A stretch of 64,000 bases of DNA, from the NCBI GenBank assembly GCA_038231275.1, contig JBBRLQ010000002.1, positions 192,001-256,000 on the forward strand. The letters are read 5' to 3'. Position 1 is the stretch's first letter. Every line of letters begins with the position of its first letter. The notes under the pieces were generated by a model. That model saw nothing but the letters and a program-made list of their open reading frames with translations. It was not told where the DNA came from and did not search any database. The DNA comes from Polyangiales bacterium. GTDB taxonomy: Bacteria > Myxococcota_A > Polyangia > Polyangiales > Polyangiaceae. Below, piece after piece: positions 49,125 to 59,634 of the stretch. A program made the translations under genes and the position numbers.

Positions 49125-52100
49125 CGTCGCTCCCGTAGCAGCTTCAGGGGCTGCAGCGGCCCGGGGTGCTTGCGCCGCGTCCGCTGCTCTTCGTACGGCC
49201 CGCAGACGACCTTGTAGTCGCAGTACTCGCAGCCCCCCTTCACCGGCGCCGCGGGCAAGAACGGAGTCCTCAGCGCCTCGCCGATCGTGTGCGCCACCGC
49301 GCGCGCCCCCTCGCGCGCGTCCTCGTCGAGCGGCACCAGCGTCTCCTTGAAGTCGCCGACCGAGGTCAGATAATAGAGGCGCCCACCCTCGACCTTGGTG
49401 CCTGGCAGGAGCTTCTCCAAGACGAGCGAGTACATGACGGGCTGGAGCACCTCTCCGCCGCCGATGACGACGCCGGGCTTCGTGCGCGCTTTGCCGGTTT
49501 TGTAGTCGGTCGCGCGGATGCGACCGTCGGCGTGGCGCTCGACGAGATCGATCGAGCCGCGCAGGCGGAGGCCCTCGTCGAGGTGGACGTCCTCCTTCTT
49601 GCTCGCAGGATCCTGCGCGTCGCGCCGATCGGGGAGCCCGAACGACAGCTCGAAGTGCGTCGGGACCCACTCCGGATCTTCTGCGGCGCGACGCAGCCAC
49701 TCCACGAGATCCGCTTTGATCGACGCGATGCCGTCCTCCCAGACGCGTGGGATGGCCGGGCAGAGATCGAAGCGATGCTTCTCGGAGACCTCGGCGATCA
49801 CGCTGTCGAGATGAACGCGCGCGGTCTCCCGGTTCGCGGGGGTGACAGGGAGGAGGCCCTCCGCGCGCAGGCGGACGTGGAGCTCGTACAAGATGTCGTG
49901 CACGAGCGAGCCTTTTTGAAGCGGATCCAGCTCCTCGAGCGCCTCCGGCTCCTCGCGCGGTCCGAGCTTGTGGAGCGCGTAGAGGACGAATTTGTACGGG
50001 CACGTCGCAAAATTCTGGAGCGCCGTGGGCGAGAACGAGCGCGCGCCGGGCTGGTGCTTGGCGAGCGCCGCCTTCGCGATGTCTTGCGGCGCGACGAGGC
50101 CGTCGGCCGAATAGAATTTTTTCTCCCATCGCGTGAAGCGGAAGCGCAGCGCGCGCGCAAGGTGGACGTTGGCGCCGAGCAGGTAGCGCGCGGAGCCGGC
50201 GGTCTCGACCTCGGGGCGCTGGAAGACCTGCGCGAGGAGGGCGAGATCGTGCTCGGCGTCGTCGATGGCCTCGAGCGGCGACGCGGGAGCGGGCCAGCCG
50301 AGGCGCGCGAGGCTCTCCTTCTCGGCGCGGCGCGCGAGCTCGTCGAAGCCGGGAAGCACGCCCTCGGCGGCGCGGAGCACCTCGAGGCCGTAGAACGACG
50401 GCGTGCGCGGGCGCGACTGCTCGGTGTCGATGCGCGGGTACGAGAGGCACACCTTGGTGCGCGCTGCGCCGACGGCGAGGTGGAGCGCGAGGCGTTCGGC
50501 CAGCACGCGATCTTCGTTCACGACGAGGCGCGCATCGAGCGCAAGGCGATCGGCGTCGCGCAAGATCGGGTCTTCCGCGACCTTCTGCGGAAAGATCTTC
50601 TCGCTGAGGCCGGGGACGAAGACCACGTCGAACGAGAGCCCACGCGCCCCGTCGGCGCCGCCCACGTACAATTTTCCGTAACGACGTTCACCCGGGAAAA
50701 CGAGCAGATCACATAGGCGCTTGCCGAGCGCGAGGCGCACCTCCCGCAGATCCACGGACGTGACGCCGGCCATCGGCGCGAGCTCGCCGAGCACTGCGAT
50801 GACGCGCTCCGGTCGACGCAGCGCGCGCGTCGCGAGATCGCCGAGCGCGTCGATCCACGTGCGCCAGGTCCCTTCGCGCGGGAGCGCCGCGAGCATGTCG
50901 AGCAAAGGGAGGGCGTACGTCTGGAGCGACGCCAGATCGGCGAGCTCGCGGGCGATTCGCTCGCGGCTCGGAGAGTCGGGATCGTCGATCGCGCGCAGGT
51001 CCAGCTCCCGCTCGCGGGCGAGGCCGGAGAGACGCTTCTCCCACCGATCACGCCCGCCGATGACCGCCGCCTCGACGAGCAAGCGCTCCCACCGGCGCGG
51101 CGCGCGGAGCGTTCCTCCCACGACCGGAGCGTCGTCGGCGATGGGCTCGTGCGCCGTCGCCTCTTCCCCCGCCGCCTCCTCGAGGCGCGTCCGTGACACT
51201 ACGGAAGGCAGCGCGTCCTCGTCGGGCGCGACGAAACGCTCTCCCGCGAGCTTCGCGGCGGGCGGTCGTCCGAGCTCGTCCGCCGCGGGGACCTCGCCGA
51301 GCGAGAGGTACTCCGCGAAGCGCCGCGCCGAGAGCCCCTCGGCCGCGCAGGCCAAGAGCGCCAGGAGCGCGCGCCCCGACGGGTCCGGGACGAGCGTGCC
51401 TTGCGCGAAATGAACCGGGATCGACGCGCGACGCAGCGCCTCCACGAGGTGCGCGCGGTACGGCGCGACGGAGCGCAGGAGGACCGCCATTCGATCGAAC
51501 GGCACTCCGCGCGACGCCTCGGCGAGGACGCGCCGCGCGATCTCCACGCACTCGCGGCTCTCCCCAGGCGCGGAGAGGATCGTGACTTCTGCGCTGCCCT
51601 CGCCACCGGACGCGAGCTCGCGAAAGAGACCCTCTTGCAGGCGCGCGAGAGCGCCGCTCCCAGGGACCGGCGCCTCCACACCGACGACGCCGAGCGCACT
51701 TTCCAAGAGCGCGCGCGATCGCTCGTCGCCGCGCGGGCACGTCGCGAGCACGTCGCCGCTCCGCGCGGCGAGCGCCGCGATGAGGCTCGCTTCGAGCGCA
51801 CCGCCGACCGCGACGTCGAGCAAGAGAGTAGGGACACCGAGGACCGCGTCGGCCGCTGCTCCGCTCGGCGCCCCTCGGCCCGCGGCGCGAAGGGTGGCGA
51901 GGCGCAACACCTCCGCGCGATCGGCGAGGCGCGCCGCCGCGAGCTCGGCTTCATACGCCTCTTGGACGCGCGCGAGATCGGCGTCGGCGAGGCGCGCCGG
52001 TGCGACCTCGGCCATGCGAAGCTCGAGGATGGATCGCGCCAGCGCGCGCGGCAGACCCGGGCGATCGGCGACGACGGCGAAACGCCCGAGCGCCCCCTTC

Positions 52101-52405
52101 TCCTCTAGTTTGTGCACGACGCGCGCGCAGAGCGCCTCGAGCGCAAGGCTACCCGCCGCGACGAGCCCGCGCTCCGCGAGTCCCTCGGCCGCGAGCAGCG
52201 CCGCGAGCCGACCGAGCCCCAACCGCGTCGCCCCGAACGACGCGCCTCCTCGCTGCGCCACTGGCCGCGCGAGGCTCTGGATCGCCTCCGCCGACGCGCC
52301 AAGGAGGAGCACCCTCTCCGACCGGCTCCGAAGCTCCAGCCACTCACGCGCGCGCGCGAGTCGCGCGTGCGCGGACGCCGAAACACAGAGCGCGCGGGTC
52401 CCCAT
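49121..52405 (-). CDS. addB: AddB-like inactive-helicase + Fe-S PD-(D/E)XK nuclease subunit
   Basis: SPTALQNFATCPYKF, FELSFG, RGSIDLVE...DYKTG, CEYCDYKVVC. ATGA coupling to addA. Confidence 0.85.
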   Translation of the reverse strand: MGTRALCVSASAHARLARAREWLELRSRSERVLLLGASAEAIQSLARPVAQRGGASFGATRLGLGRLAALLAAEGLAERGLVAAGSLALEALCARVVHKLEEKGALGRFAVVADRPGLPRALARSILELRMAEVAPARLADADLARVQEAYEAELAAARLADRAEVLRLATLRAAGRGAPSGAAADAVLGVPTLLLDVAVGGALEASLIAALAARSGDVLATCPRGDERSRALLESALGVVGVEAPVPGSGALARLQEGLFRELASGGEGSAEVTILSAPGESRECVEIARRVLAEASRGVPFDRMAVLLRSVAPYRAHLVEALRRASIPVHFAQGTLVPDPSGRALLALLACAAEGLSARRFAEYLSLGEVPAADELGRPPAAKLAGERFVAPDEDALPSVVSRTRLEEAAGEEATAHEPIADDAPVVGGTLRAPRRWERLLVEAAVIGGRDRWEKRLSGLARERELDLRAIDDPDSPSRERIARELADLASLQTYALPLLDMLAALPREGTWRTWIDALGDLATRALRRPERVIAVLGELAPMAGVTSVDLREVRLALGKRLCDLLVFPGERRYGKLYVGGADGARGLSFDVVFVPGLSEKIFPQKVAEDPILRDADRLALDARLVVNEDRVLAERLALHLAVGAARTKVCLSYPRIDTEQSRPRTPSFYGLEVLRAAEGVLPGFDELARRAEKESLARLGWPAPASPLEAIDDAEHDLALLAQVFQRPEVETAGSARYLLGANVHLARALRFRFTRWEKKFYSADGLVAPQDIAKAALAKHQPGARSFSPTALQNFATCPYKFVLYALHKLGPREEPEALEELDPLQKGSLVHDILYELHVRLRAEGLLPVTPANRETARVHLDSVIAEVSEKHRFDLCPAIPRVWEDGIASIKADLVEWLRRAAEDPEWVPTHFELSFGLPDRRDAQDPASKKEDVHLDEGLRLRGSIDLVERHADGRIRATDYKTGKARTKPGVVIGGGEVLQPVMYSLVLEKLLPGTKVEGGRLYYLTSVGDFKETLVPLDEDAREGARAVAHTIGEALRTPFLPAAPVKGGCEYCDYKVVCGPYEEQRTRRKHPGPLQPLKLLRERR

Positions 52406-52464
52406 CGAGCCGGGGACTATTCCATGACGCGGCGGCCGGCGCTACGGGCGACGGCGGCGGCTCG

Positions 52465-54333
52465 TCATTGCCCGAGCGCGCCGCCCGGAGGCCCGCTGAT
52501 CGTGTCGAGACCGAACGCCTGCTGGAACGCGAGATAAAATCCCAAGGGCGAGACGCCGGCGTCGCGCGGCGGTAGCGGAAACCCAAGATCCCCGCGTAAA
52601 ACGAACCGATCGAGCTGCGGAAACAGGAACCGAAATCCCACGCCCACCGACTGCTTCGGCCGCATCGTGTCGAAGCCGTTGAACGCGTCGGCCGCGTCGT
52701 AGAACACCGCCGCCGCGAGCTGCGACCCGAGCACCTCGATGGGGCGCGTTCGGTACTCCGCGTTCGCCGCCGCCCAGTCCTTGCCGACGTAGAAATTGCT
52801 CGGGTAGCCGCGCAGGCGCGAGTTGCCGCCGAGGAACGTGAGGCGGTTCAGGTAGTTTCGGTACCGGTTCTGGCCGACGACGTCGACGATGAAGCGGCCG
52901 AACGAGAAGCGCGGCGACACCCACCGGCCGTGCGCGGCGAGCGACGCGTCGGACAGGTGCGTCCCGTCGGTTCCGCTCGAGAGCTCGGCCTCCGTCGTCG
53001 ACTCGACCCCGAGCCGCAAGAGCCCCGAGCTGATCGCCCACGTGTATTGCAAGCCGAGGTACCCGCCCACGAGGTTGCGCGACGATCCGAGCGCCGTGAA
53101 GACCGGATAGACGCGCGCGAGGACGTCGTGCCCGAGCCGGTAGTCCTCCTGAAGCGCCAGCGTCTCGACGTCCAGTGCCTCGAGGAACTTGCTCTCGTAG
53201 CTCCTCCACTGCACGAAGGGCCCGACGCGCGTATCGCTCACCGGTACGTTGCGCGTCACGAACTCCGTGGCCGCCCTCGGATCGAACCGCGAGAGATCCG
53301 GCGCGCGAAAATCGCGAATGTTGATCTCGCCCCCTGCCGTGAAGTCGTTCTTCTGCGCGTACCCGAACGAGCGCGTCGCTGCCGCCGACTCGGTGAGCCT
53401 TCGCGCGTGGTACTCGAACGGGATCCCGTCTTTGACGTCGGGCGTCGCCTTGGCGTCGTAGGCGCTGAGGTGCGCGTTCACGTACCGGCGCAGCATCTCG
53501 TCGCGCCACGACGTCGTGACCGCCCACGCCCACTCTTGCTTCAGCGAATACAGCGGCAAGCCTACGTTGGCCGAGCCCGCCGATCCCTCCGTCTGTCCCG
53601 ACAACCGATTGGTGATGACGTTCGCGTCGGCCGAGAACACGACGTGCGTGCCGCCGAGGCGACGGAGCGTGTAGCCGGCGCCGATTTGCGTCGAGTTCGG
53701 CTGCATGAAGAGGCGCGTGTAGACCGTCATGTGCCGGCCCGCGAGGTTCGACTCGGTCGGCTCGAGGAGGAGCGACTCGAGACCGCCGGAGCCGATCTGC
53801 ACGTCGGAGTTGAGGCGCAGGCTCCACACGTCCTTCGTGATGACGAGGAGCCGCACGCGATCGGGCGTGCTGCCTCGCACGGGCACGACGATGACGAGCG
53901 AGAGTTGGCTCAGCCCGCGGAGATTTCGCGCGCTCTGGTCGACGAGCGGCTGCTCGTAAGGCTTCCCCTCCTCGAGCAGCACCTCGCGCGAGATGACGTG
54001 CTTCTTCGACGTCGTGTGCAGCGTGTTCAGGATCTCGTTCGCGCTGAGCTTCGTCCCGTCTGCCCGATCGATCCCCCACCCTTGCAGCGGATCGCGCTCC
54101 TCGAGCACCTCTAGAGTGACGACGTGCGCCCCCTCGTAGATCTTGCCGTCCGGATTCGGATCGATCGACAGATGAAGGTCCGCGAGCGCGGCGTCGAGCG
54201 ACTCCTTCTCGTACGGCGAATACGGCGTCACCCGCACTGTGGAGGGCCCCGCCGGATCCGCCGCCGCGGCCGGTCCTGCCCACGCCATGAAAACGAAAAA
54301 GCAAGCGAACCGCGCGACTCTGGTCATGCGCAC
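52465..54333 (-). CDS. Omp85 (BamA/TamA-like) outer-membrane protein
   Basis: POTRA-like SKKHVISREVL...SARNLR, TKDVWS, LGGNSRLRGY, C-terminal FQQAF. Confidence 0.8.
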   Translation of the reverse strand: MRMTRVARFACFFVFMAWAGPAAAADPAGPSTVRVTPYSPYEKESLDAALADLHLSIDPNPDGKIYEGAHVVTLEVLEERDPLQGWGIDRADGTKLSANEILNTLHTTSKKHVISREVLLEEGKPYEQPLVDQSARNLRGLSQLSLVIVVPVRGSTPDRVRLLVITKDVWSLRLNSDVQIGSGGLESLLLEPTESNLAGRHMTVYTRLFMQPNSTQIGAGYTLRRLGGTHVVFSADANVITNRLSGQTEGSAGSANVGLPLYSLKQEWAWAVTTSWRDEMLRRYVNAHLSAYDAKATPDVKDGIPFEYHARRLTESAAATRSFGYAQKNDFTAGGEINIRDFRAPDLSRFDPRAATEFVTRNVPVSDTRVGPFVQWRSYESKFLEALDVETLALQEDYRLGHDVLARVYPVFTALGSSRNLVGGYLGLQYTWAISSGLLRLGVESTTEAELSSGTDGTHLSDASLAAHGRWVSPRFSFGRFIVDVVGQNRYRNYLNRLTFLGGNSRLRGYPSNFYVGKDWAAANAEYRTRPIEVLGSQLAAAVFYDAADAFNGFDTMRPKQSVGVGFRFLFPQLDRFVLRGDLGFPLPPRDAGVSPLGFYLAFQQAFGLDTISGPPGGALGQ

Positions 54334-54386
54334 CGCAGCATCCTACACGAGACAAGCGCCGCCACGGCACGGTACCCTGGCCCCCC

Positions 54387-55244
54387 ATGCAAGGAGCCGA
54401 CGCGGGGGTGCTGGCCAGCTTGACGCGCTCGATCCAGGAGCGCGTCGACCGCGTCGAGATCCCGTGGAACCGCTACGGCGTCGACCCGTACGGCGTCTCG
54501 AAGAAGCACCTCGTCATCGGGATGACGGCGCTCTCGCTCCTCTACAAGCACTACTTCTCTGTGAAGGTGCACGGCATCGAGAACGTGCCCCGTCGCGGCC
54601 GCGCGATGCTCGTCGGCAACCACTCGGGCGGCGTCGCGATCGACGGGGCGATGGTCCTCGCGTCGATGCTGCTCGAGATGGATCCGCCGCGCCTCGCGCA
54701 GGGGATGGTCGAGAAGTTCATCAACAAGATCCCGCTCGCGTCGCTCATGGCGAACCGCACCGGGCAGTTCACCGGCCTCCCCGAGCACGCGATCCGCCTC
54801 CTCGAGGACGACCGCCTCTTGATGGTCTTCCCCGAAGGCGCGCGCGGCACCGCCAAGCTCTACAAGGACCGCCATTCGCTCGTCGACTTCGGCACCGGCT
54901 TCATGCGCCTCGCGCTCAAGACACACAGTCCCATCGTTCCGTTCGCGTTCCTCGGCGGCGGCGACGCGGTGCCGACGATCGCCAACGCGTACACGCTGGG
55001 GAAGCTGTTCGGCGTGCCGTACATCCCCATCACGCCGTACCTCTTCGCGCTGCCGTTGCCCGTCGATCTCGAGATCATCTACGGCGAGCCGATTTACCTC
55101 TCGGGCACCGGATCGGAGGACGACGAGGTCGTCGCCGAGTACGTGTACGAGGTCAAATCGCAGATCGCCGAGATGATGGATCGCGGGAGAAAGAAGCGCG
55201 AAGGCCTGCTCCCGCCCGGGGCATCGTCCGGAGGAAAATCGTGA
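54387..55244 (+). CDS. Lysophospholipid acyltransferase (PlsC family)
   Basis: NHSGGVAID (HX4-5D), FPEGARG, GFMRLAL. Confidence 0.9.
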   Translation: MQGADAGVLASLTRSIQERVDRVEIPWNRYGVDPYGVSKKHLVIGMTALSLLYKHYFSVKVHGIENVPRRGRAMLVGNHSGGVAIDGAMVLASMLLEMDPPRLAQGMVEKFINKIPLASLMANRTGQFTGLPEHAIRLLEDDRLLMVFPEGARGTAKLYKDRHSLVDFGTGFMRLALKTHSPIVPFAFLGGGDAVPTIANAYTLGKLFGVPYIPITPYLFALPLPVDLEIIYGEPIYLSGTGSEDDEVVAEYVYEVKSQIAEMMDRGRKKREGLLPPGASSGGKS

Positions 55245-56167
55245 GGGTCCTCATCCTCGGCATCGCGGGCGTCATCGGTCGCAAGCTGACCGCGCGCCTC
55301 ATGGGCGAAGGGCACGAGGTCATCGGCATCGACGCCAGGCCCTGGGGCGACGCGCCTCGCGGCGTCGAGCTGTACGAGATCGATTTCCGCAAGCGCGCCG
55401 CCGAGGACGTGTTCAGGAAGCGCAAGCCCGAGGCCGTCGTCCACATGGCGACCGTCACGAGCCTGCAAATCCGCGGCGAAGAGCGCTACCGCATCAACCT
55501 CGGCGGCACACGCGCCGTCTTCGATCACGCGCGCACGTATGGCGTCGGCCACTGCATCTTCGTCGGGCGTCACACCTTCTACGGCGCCGGCCCCGACAGC
55601 CCGCTCTACCACCAGGAGGACGAGGCGCCGATGGCCCTCGCGTCGTTCCCGGAGCTGAGCGATCTCGTCGCCGCCGATCTCTTCGCGTCGACCGCGCTGT
55701 GGCGCGTCCCCGAGCTGTCCACCACGGTTCTGCGAATCTGTTACTCGCTCGGCGCGAGCGGCCACGGCACGCTCGCCACGTTCCTCCGCGGCCCGCGCGT
55801 GCCGACCGTGCTCGGCTTCGACCCGCTCTTCCAGTTCATGCACGAGGACGACATCGTCACGTCGATCGTGCTCTCGCTCGCCAAGCGCCCGCGCGGCGTC
55901 TTCAACGTCGCTGGCCCCGATCCGGTCCCGCTCTCGGTCATCATCCGCGAGACCGGCCGGAAGACGTTCCCGCTGCCCGAGTTCATCATCAACATGTCGC
56001 TCGGGCGAATGGGGCTCCCCCGCTTGCCACGCGGCGCCCTCGGTCACATAAAGTATCCGGTCGTAGTGGACGCCGCAGCGTTCCGGGAGGCCACCACCTT
56101 CCGCCACCAGTACGACGAGGTCGACACGATGCGCGCCTTCCGCGAAGCCTTTCCCCCGAGACTGTAG
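55241..56167 (+). CDS. Atypical NAD-dependent epimerase/SDR
   Basis: GIAGVIG, VHMA, NLGGT, FDPLFQFMHEDD. YxxxK absent. GTGA overlap. Confidence 0.85.
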   Translation: MRVLILGIAGVIGRKLTARLMGEGHEVIGIDARPWGDAPRGVELYEIDFRKRAAEDVFRKRKPEAVVHMATVTSLQIRGEERYRINLGGTRAVFDHARTYGVGHCIFVGRHTFYGAGPDSPLYHQEDEAPMALASFPELSDLVAADLFASTALWRVPELSTTVLRICYSLGASGHGTLATFLRGPRVPTVLGFDPLFQFMHEDDIVTSIVLSLAKRPRGVFNVAGPDPVPLSVIIRETGRKTFPLPEFIINMSLGRMGLPRLPRGALGHIKYPVVVDAAAFREATTFRHQYDEVDTMRAFREAFPPRL

Positions 56168-56179
56168 AGCGCCCCAGAA

Positions 56180-57652
56180 ATGCCCAAGACACGCCGCCCG
56201 CTCGCGGTGGCCGCCATTCTGCTCGCGATGTTCATGGCCGCGCTCGAGGCCACGGTCGTCGCGACCGCCATGCCCACGGTCGTAGGCGATCTCGGCGGCA
56301 TCGAGCTCTACGGTTGGGTCGGCTCGATCTACATGGCGGCGAGCACCGTCACGATCCCCATCTACGGCAAGCTCGCCGACCTCTACGGCCGCAAGCCGAC
56401 GATGTACCTCGGCATCGCGCTCTTTCTCGCCGGCTCGATGGCGAGCGGCCTCGCGACGTCGATGACGCAGCTCATCGCGTTTCGTGCGCTCCAGGGCGTC
56501 GGCGCCGGTGGCGTGCAGCCTCTCGCGATCACGATCGTCGGCGATCTGTTCACCGTCGAAGAGCGCGGCCGAATCCAGGGAATCTTCGGCGCGGTGTGGG
56601 GCGTCGCGGGGATGGCCGGGCCTCTCGTCGGCGGCCTCATCGTCGGCGCGCTGTCGTGGCGGTGGGTCTTCTACATCAACGTCCCCTTCGGTCTCCTCTC
56701 GGCCGGGCTCCTCGCCGCGTTCTTCCACGAGGACATCGCCAAGAAGAAGCGCGCGATCGATTTCGCGGGGGCGGGCCTCTTGTCGACGGCGATCCTCGGG
56801 CTACTCCTCGGCGTGACCGGCGTGCAGCCGCTCGTCACGCTGCCCGTGACGGCAGTCGCCGTCGCCCTCTTCGTGTGGGTCGAGGGGCGCGCGAAAGAGC
56901 CTATTTTGCCGCTCGCAATCCTCGGTCGACGCGTCATCGCCACCGCCAACATCGCCGGCGGGCTCCTCGGCGCGCTGATGATGGCGACGGTCATCTACGT
57001 GCCGCTCTTCGTCCAGGCGGTCCTCGAAGGCACGCCGACCGTGGCCGGCAGCGCCGTCGCCCCGATGCTCGTGGGATGGCCGATCGCCAGCGCGATCAGC
57101 GGGCGGCTCCTCAGGCGCGTCGGCATGCGTAACCTCGTCCGCATCGGCGCCCTCGTCGCGTGCGTGGCCGCGTGGATCATGGTCCTCGCGCTACGGCCGT
57201 TCGCGCCGCTCTTCGCGGTGCGCGGGGCGATGTTCGCGCTCGGCCTCGGAATGGGAACGGCGAACACGTCGCTCATCATCGCCGTGCAGCAGGCGGTGAG
57301 CTGGGAGCACCGCGGCGTCGCGACTGCGAGCACGATGTTCTTCCGGACGATCGGCGGCGCGCTCGCGGTCGGCGTCCTCGGCGGCGTCCTCGCGCACGCC
57401 CTCGGCCCCAACGTTCCGACGGCGCTGGTGAATCAGCTCCTCGGTCCGACGCACGGCCGCGGAATGGACACGGCCGCCCTCGCCCCGCTCGCCTCTTCGA
57501 TGGCGGCGGGGCTCATGACGGTCTTTCAGCTCATCGCATGGATCGGGACCGCGGGTCTGGCTGCGGCGCTCTTCTTCCCGGAGGTCGCGATCGCGCCCCC
57601 TACGCCTGCCGCGCCTGCGCCTGCGATCACCAGCCCGCGATCGTCTGCTTGA
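56180..57652 (+). CDS. MFS drug:H+ antiporter (DHA2/EmrB-like)
   Basis: LEATVVATAMP, GKLADLYGRK, RALQGVG, WRWVFYINVP. Confidence 0.93.
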   Translation: MPKTRRPLAVAAILLAMFMAALEATVVATAMPTVVGDLGGIELYGWVGSIYMAASTVTIPIYGKLADLYGRKPTMYLGIALFLAGSMASGLATSMTQLIAFRALQGVGAGGVQPLAITIVGDLFTVEERGRIQGIFGAVWGVAGMAGPLVGGLIVGALSWRWVFYINVPFGLLSAGLLAAFFHEDIAKKKRAIDFAGAGLLSTAILGLLLGVTGVQPLVTLPVTAVAVALFVWVEGRAKEPILPLAILGRRVIATANIAGGLLGALMMATVIYVPLFVQAVLEGTPTVAGSAVAPMLVGWPIASAISGRLLRRVGMRNLVRIGALVACVAAWIMVLALRPFAPLFAVRGAMFALGLGMGTANTSLIIAVQQAVSWEHRGVATASTMFFRTIGGALAVGVLGGVLAHALGPNVPTALVNQLLGPTHGRGMDTAALAPLASSMAAGLMTVFQLIAWIGTAGLAAALFFPEVAIAPPTPAAPAPAITSPRSSA

Positions 57653-58379
57653 TCCAGGCCGCGCCCGCGTCGATGCGCGCGTAGTACTCGACCTGGTGCT
57701 GCGGGTAGTTCCCGTCGGTGTGGCATGACGTGGCGCCGGAGACGACGCCGCCGCAGAGGAGCGGGCCGCCCGAGTCGCCGTGATCGGCGATCGCGGTGCC
57801 GAACTTCACCTGGATGGACGTCGCGGCGGTCGCCTGGACGATCTCGGTGCCGTGGCGCTTGCGCTCGTAGGTGTCGACGCCGTTGGCCGTGTGCGTCCCG
57901 AAGCCGACGGCCTCGCACGACGCGCCGTTCGCCGGAGCGGCGGTGGCGATCGACGTGGGCTTGATGGTGGTGATCGGCGTCGTCAGGTGGATGAGGCCGA
58001 TGTCGAACGTCGAGTTCGGACAGCCGCCGCCCGAGCTGTACGACGGGTGCGCGATCATCTTGTCGACCGGGTGCTTGACCATCGACGTGACCGGCTCGGA
58101 GCCGAGGTTCGCCGTCGCTTTGCCGCTGCCCGTGAAGAAGCCCTCGATCGGATCCTGAACGCAGTGGCCGGCGGTCAAGACGACGCTCGGCGCGATGAGC
58201 GTGCCCGAGCAAAAGCCGCCGCCCTGGAACCAGACCAGGCCGACGCCCGGGTGCTTCGAGTCCGTCGTGCCGCCCTGGATGGCGTCGTCCGTGGCCGCGG
58301 GATCCTCGGAGGTCCCCTGCGAGCCGCTGCACCCCACCACCGCCCCCACCACGACGAACAGCAACGAACGAAGACCCAT
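57627..58379 (-). CDS. Trypsin-like (S1) serine protease lipoprotein
   Basis: VVGC lipobox, IQGG mature start, LTAGHC, DIGL, GDSGGP. RBS GGGAGG. Confidence 0.92.
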   Translation of the reverse strand: MGLRSLLFVVVGAVVGCSGSQGTSEDPAATDDAIQGGTTDSKHPGVGLVWFQGGGFCSGTLIAPSVVLTAGHCVQDPIEGFFTGSGKATANLGSEPVTSMVKHPVDKMIAHPSYSSGGGCPNSTFDIGLIHLTTPITTIKPTSIATAAPANGASCEAVGFGTHTANGVDTYERKRHGTEIVQATAATSIQVKFGTAIADHGDSGGPLLCGGVVSGATSCHTDGNYPQHQVEYYARIDAGAAWIKQTIAGW

Positions 58380-58572
58380 CTCTCGACCTCCCTAAACCAT
58401 GTACGTGCGCAAGTGCGACCGTCCGACTTACGGCGACCGCATCCGTACACCCTCACACCGCAGGGGCAAGGTTGACCTGCGGGATTTGCTGCACTTTTGG
58501 AGGAGGTGTGCGCAGCATGTGCGCGTGCAACTACCTCATCCCACGCAGGCCGCGAAGTCGCGTGAGGAGCGG

Positions 58573-59634
58573 CTACGGTTCGTGGCGGGCGAGGTCTCGC
58601 AGGGCGCTCACGATGCCCGCGCGCTGCGGAACCGAGTGGGCTTCAAGCACGTCGGCGAGGCCGATGCCGGGGACGTTCGCGCCCGCGAGCAGCTTCGGCG
58701 GCGCGTGGAGCTCGTAGAAAAGCTCCTCCACCGTTCGGCGGATCAGGTGCTCGCCGAAGTTCGTCACCTCCGTGTCCTCGTTCACGACGAGCAGGCGGTG
58801 CGTGCGCGCGACGCTCTCCTTGATGCGCGCCCAGTCGTACGGATAGAGCGAGCGCAGATCGAAGACCTCCGCCTCCACGCCTTCCGACGCGACGTCGTCC
58901 GCCGCCTTGACGCACTGCTGCACCATACGCCCGTAGGTGATGACCGTGACGTCGCGCCCTGCACGCGCGAGCCGCGCCTCGCCGATCGGGATGAAGAGGT
59001 CCGGCGTGTCGGGCCACTCGGGCGTCCACTTGGTGCGATCGCCGAGCGGCGCGTCGATCATCTTGTTGAGGAGACGCTCGTCCGTCGGGACGCCGGGGAT
59101 CTCTTCGCCGGGACCGCCCTTCGCGCGGAGCAGCGCCTTCGGCATGAGGAACATGACGGGGTTCGGATCGACGATCGCGCTGAGCAGCAAGCCGTACGCG
59201 TCGCGCGGGTTGGACGGCATCACGATCTTCCAGCCGGGGATGCGCGTCGCCTGGCCGTCGAACGAGTGCGAGTGGTAGATGCTGCCGTGGATGCCGCTGC
59301 CCACTGGCGTCATGAGCACCATCGGGCAGTTGAAGTTGCCGTTCGACGACCAGTAGAGGCCGCCCGCGAGCTTCAGGAGATCGATCGTGTTGAACGCGTA
59401 GTCGCAGAACTGGATCTCGGCGACCGGGCGCTGCCCTGCCATCGCGAGGCCCATCGCGGTGCCGACGATGCCGCGTTCGTCGAGCGGCGTATTCCACGCG
59501 GTCTTGAGGCCCTGCGTCTGTGTGAAGACGCCGCCAAGCGGGGGGCCCACATCCTCTCCGAAGATGTCGGTGACGCCGAGGCGCTCTTCGCCGACGTGCA
59601 GCGCCATGCGCACGGCCTGGACGAGGGTGGCCAT
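58573..59634 (-). CDS. 2-oxoacid dehydrogenase E1 beta subunit
   Basis: GEDV..GGVF, NTPLDE, AEIQFCDY, YHS, DLRSLYP. Confidence 0.93.
   Translation of the reverse strand: MATLVQAVRMALHVGEERLGVTDIFGEDVGPPLGGVFTQTQGLKTAWNTPLDERGIVGTAMGLAMAGQRPVAEIQFCDYAFNTIDLLKLAGGLYWSSNGNFNCPMVLMTPVGSGIHGSIYHSHSFDGQATRIPGWKIVMPSNPRDAYGLLLSAIVDPNPVMFLMPKALLRAKGGPGEEIPGVPTDERLLNKMIDAPLGDRTKWTPEWPDTPDLFIPIGEARLARAGRDVTVITYGRMVQQCVKAADDVASEGVEAEVFDLRSLYPYDWARIKESVARTHRLLVVNEDTEVTNFGEHLIRRTVEELFYELHAPPKLLAGANVPGIGLADVLEAHSVPQRAGIVSALRDLARHEP

Noticed and set aside
49121-50050. Cas4-like Fe-S nuclease as a CRISPR or defence gene
   Set aside because: It is the C-terminal domain of an AddB-like subunit coupled to an AddA-like helicase.
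49125-50450. Apparent 1594-aa helicase ORF (N-terminal extension)
   Set aside because: The extension is an alternate frame over the addB 3' end; the real start is the ATG at 49124 in an ATGA overlap.
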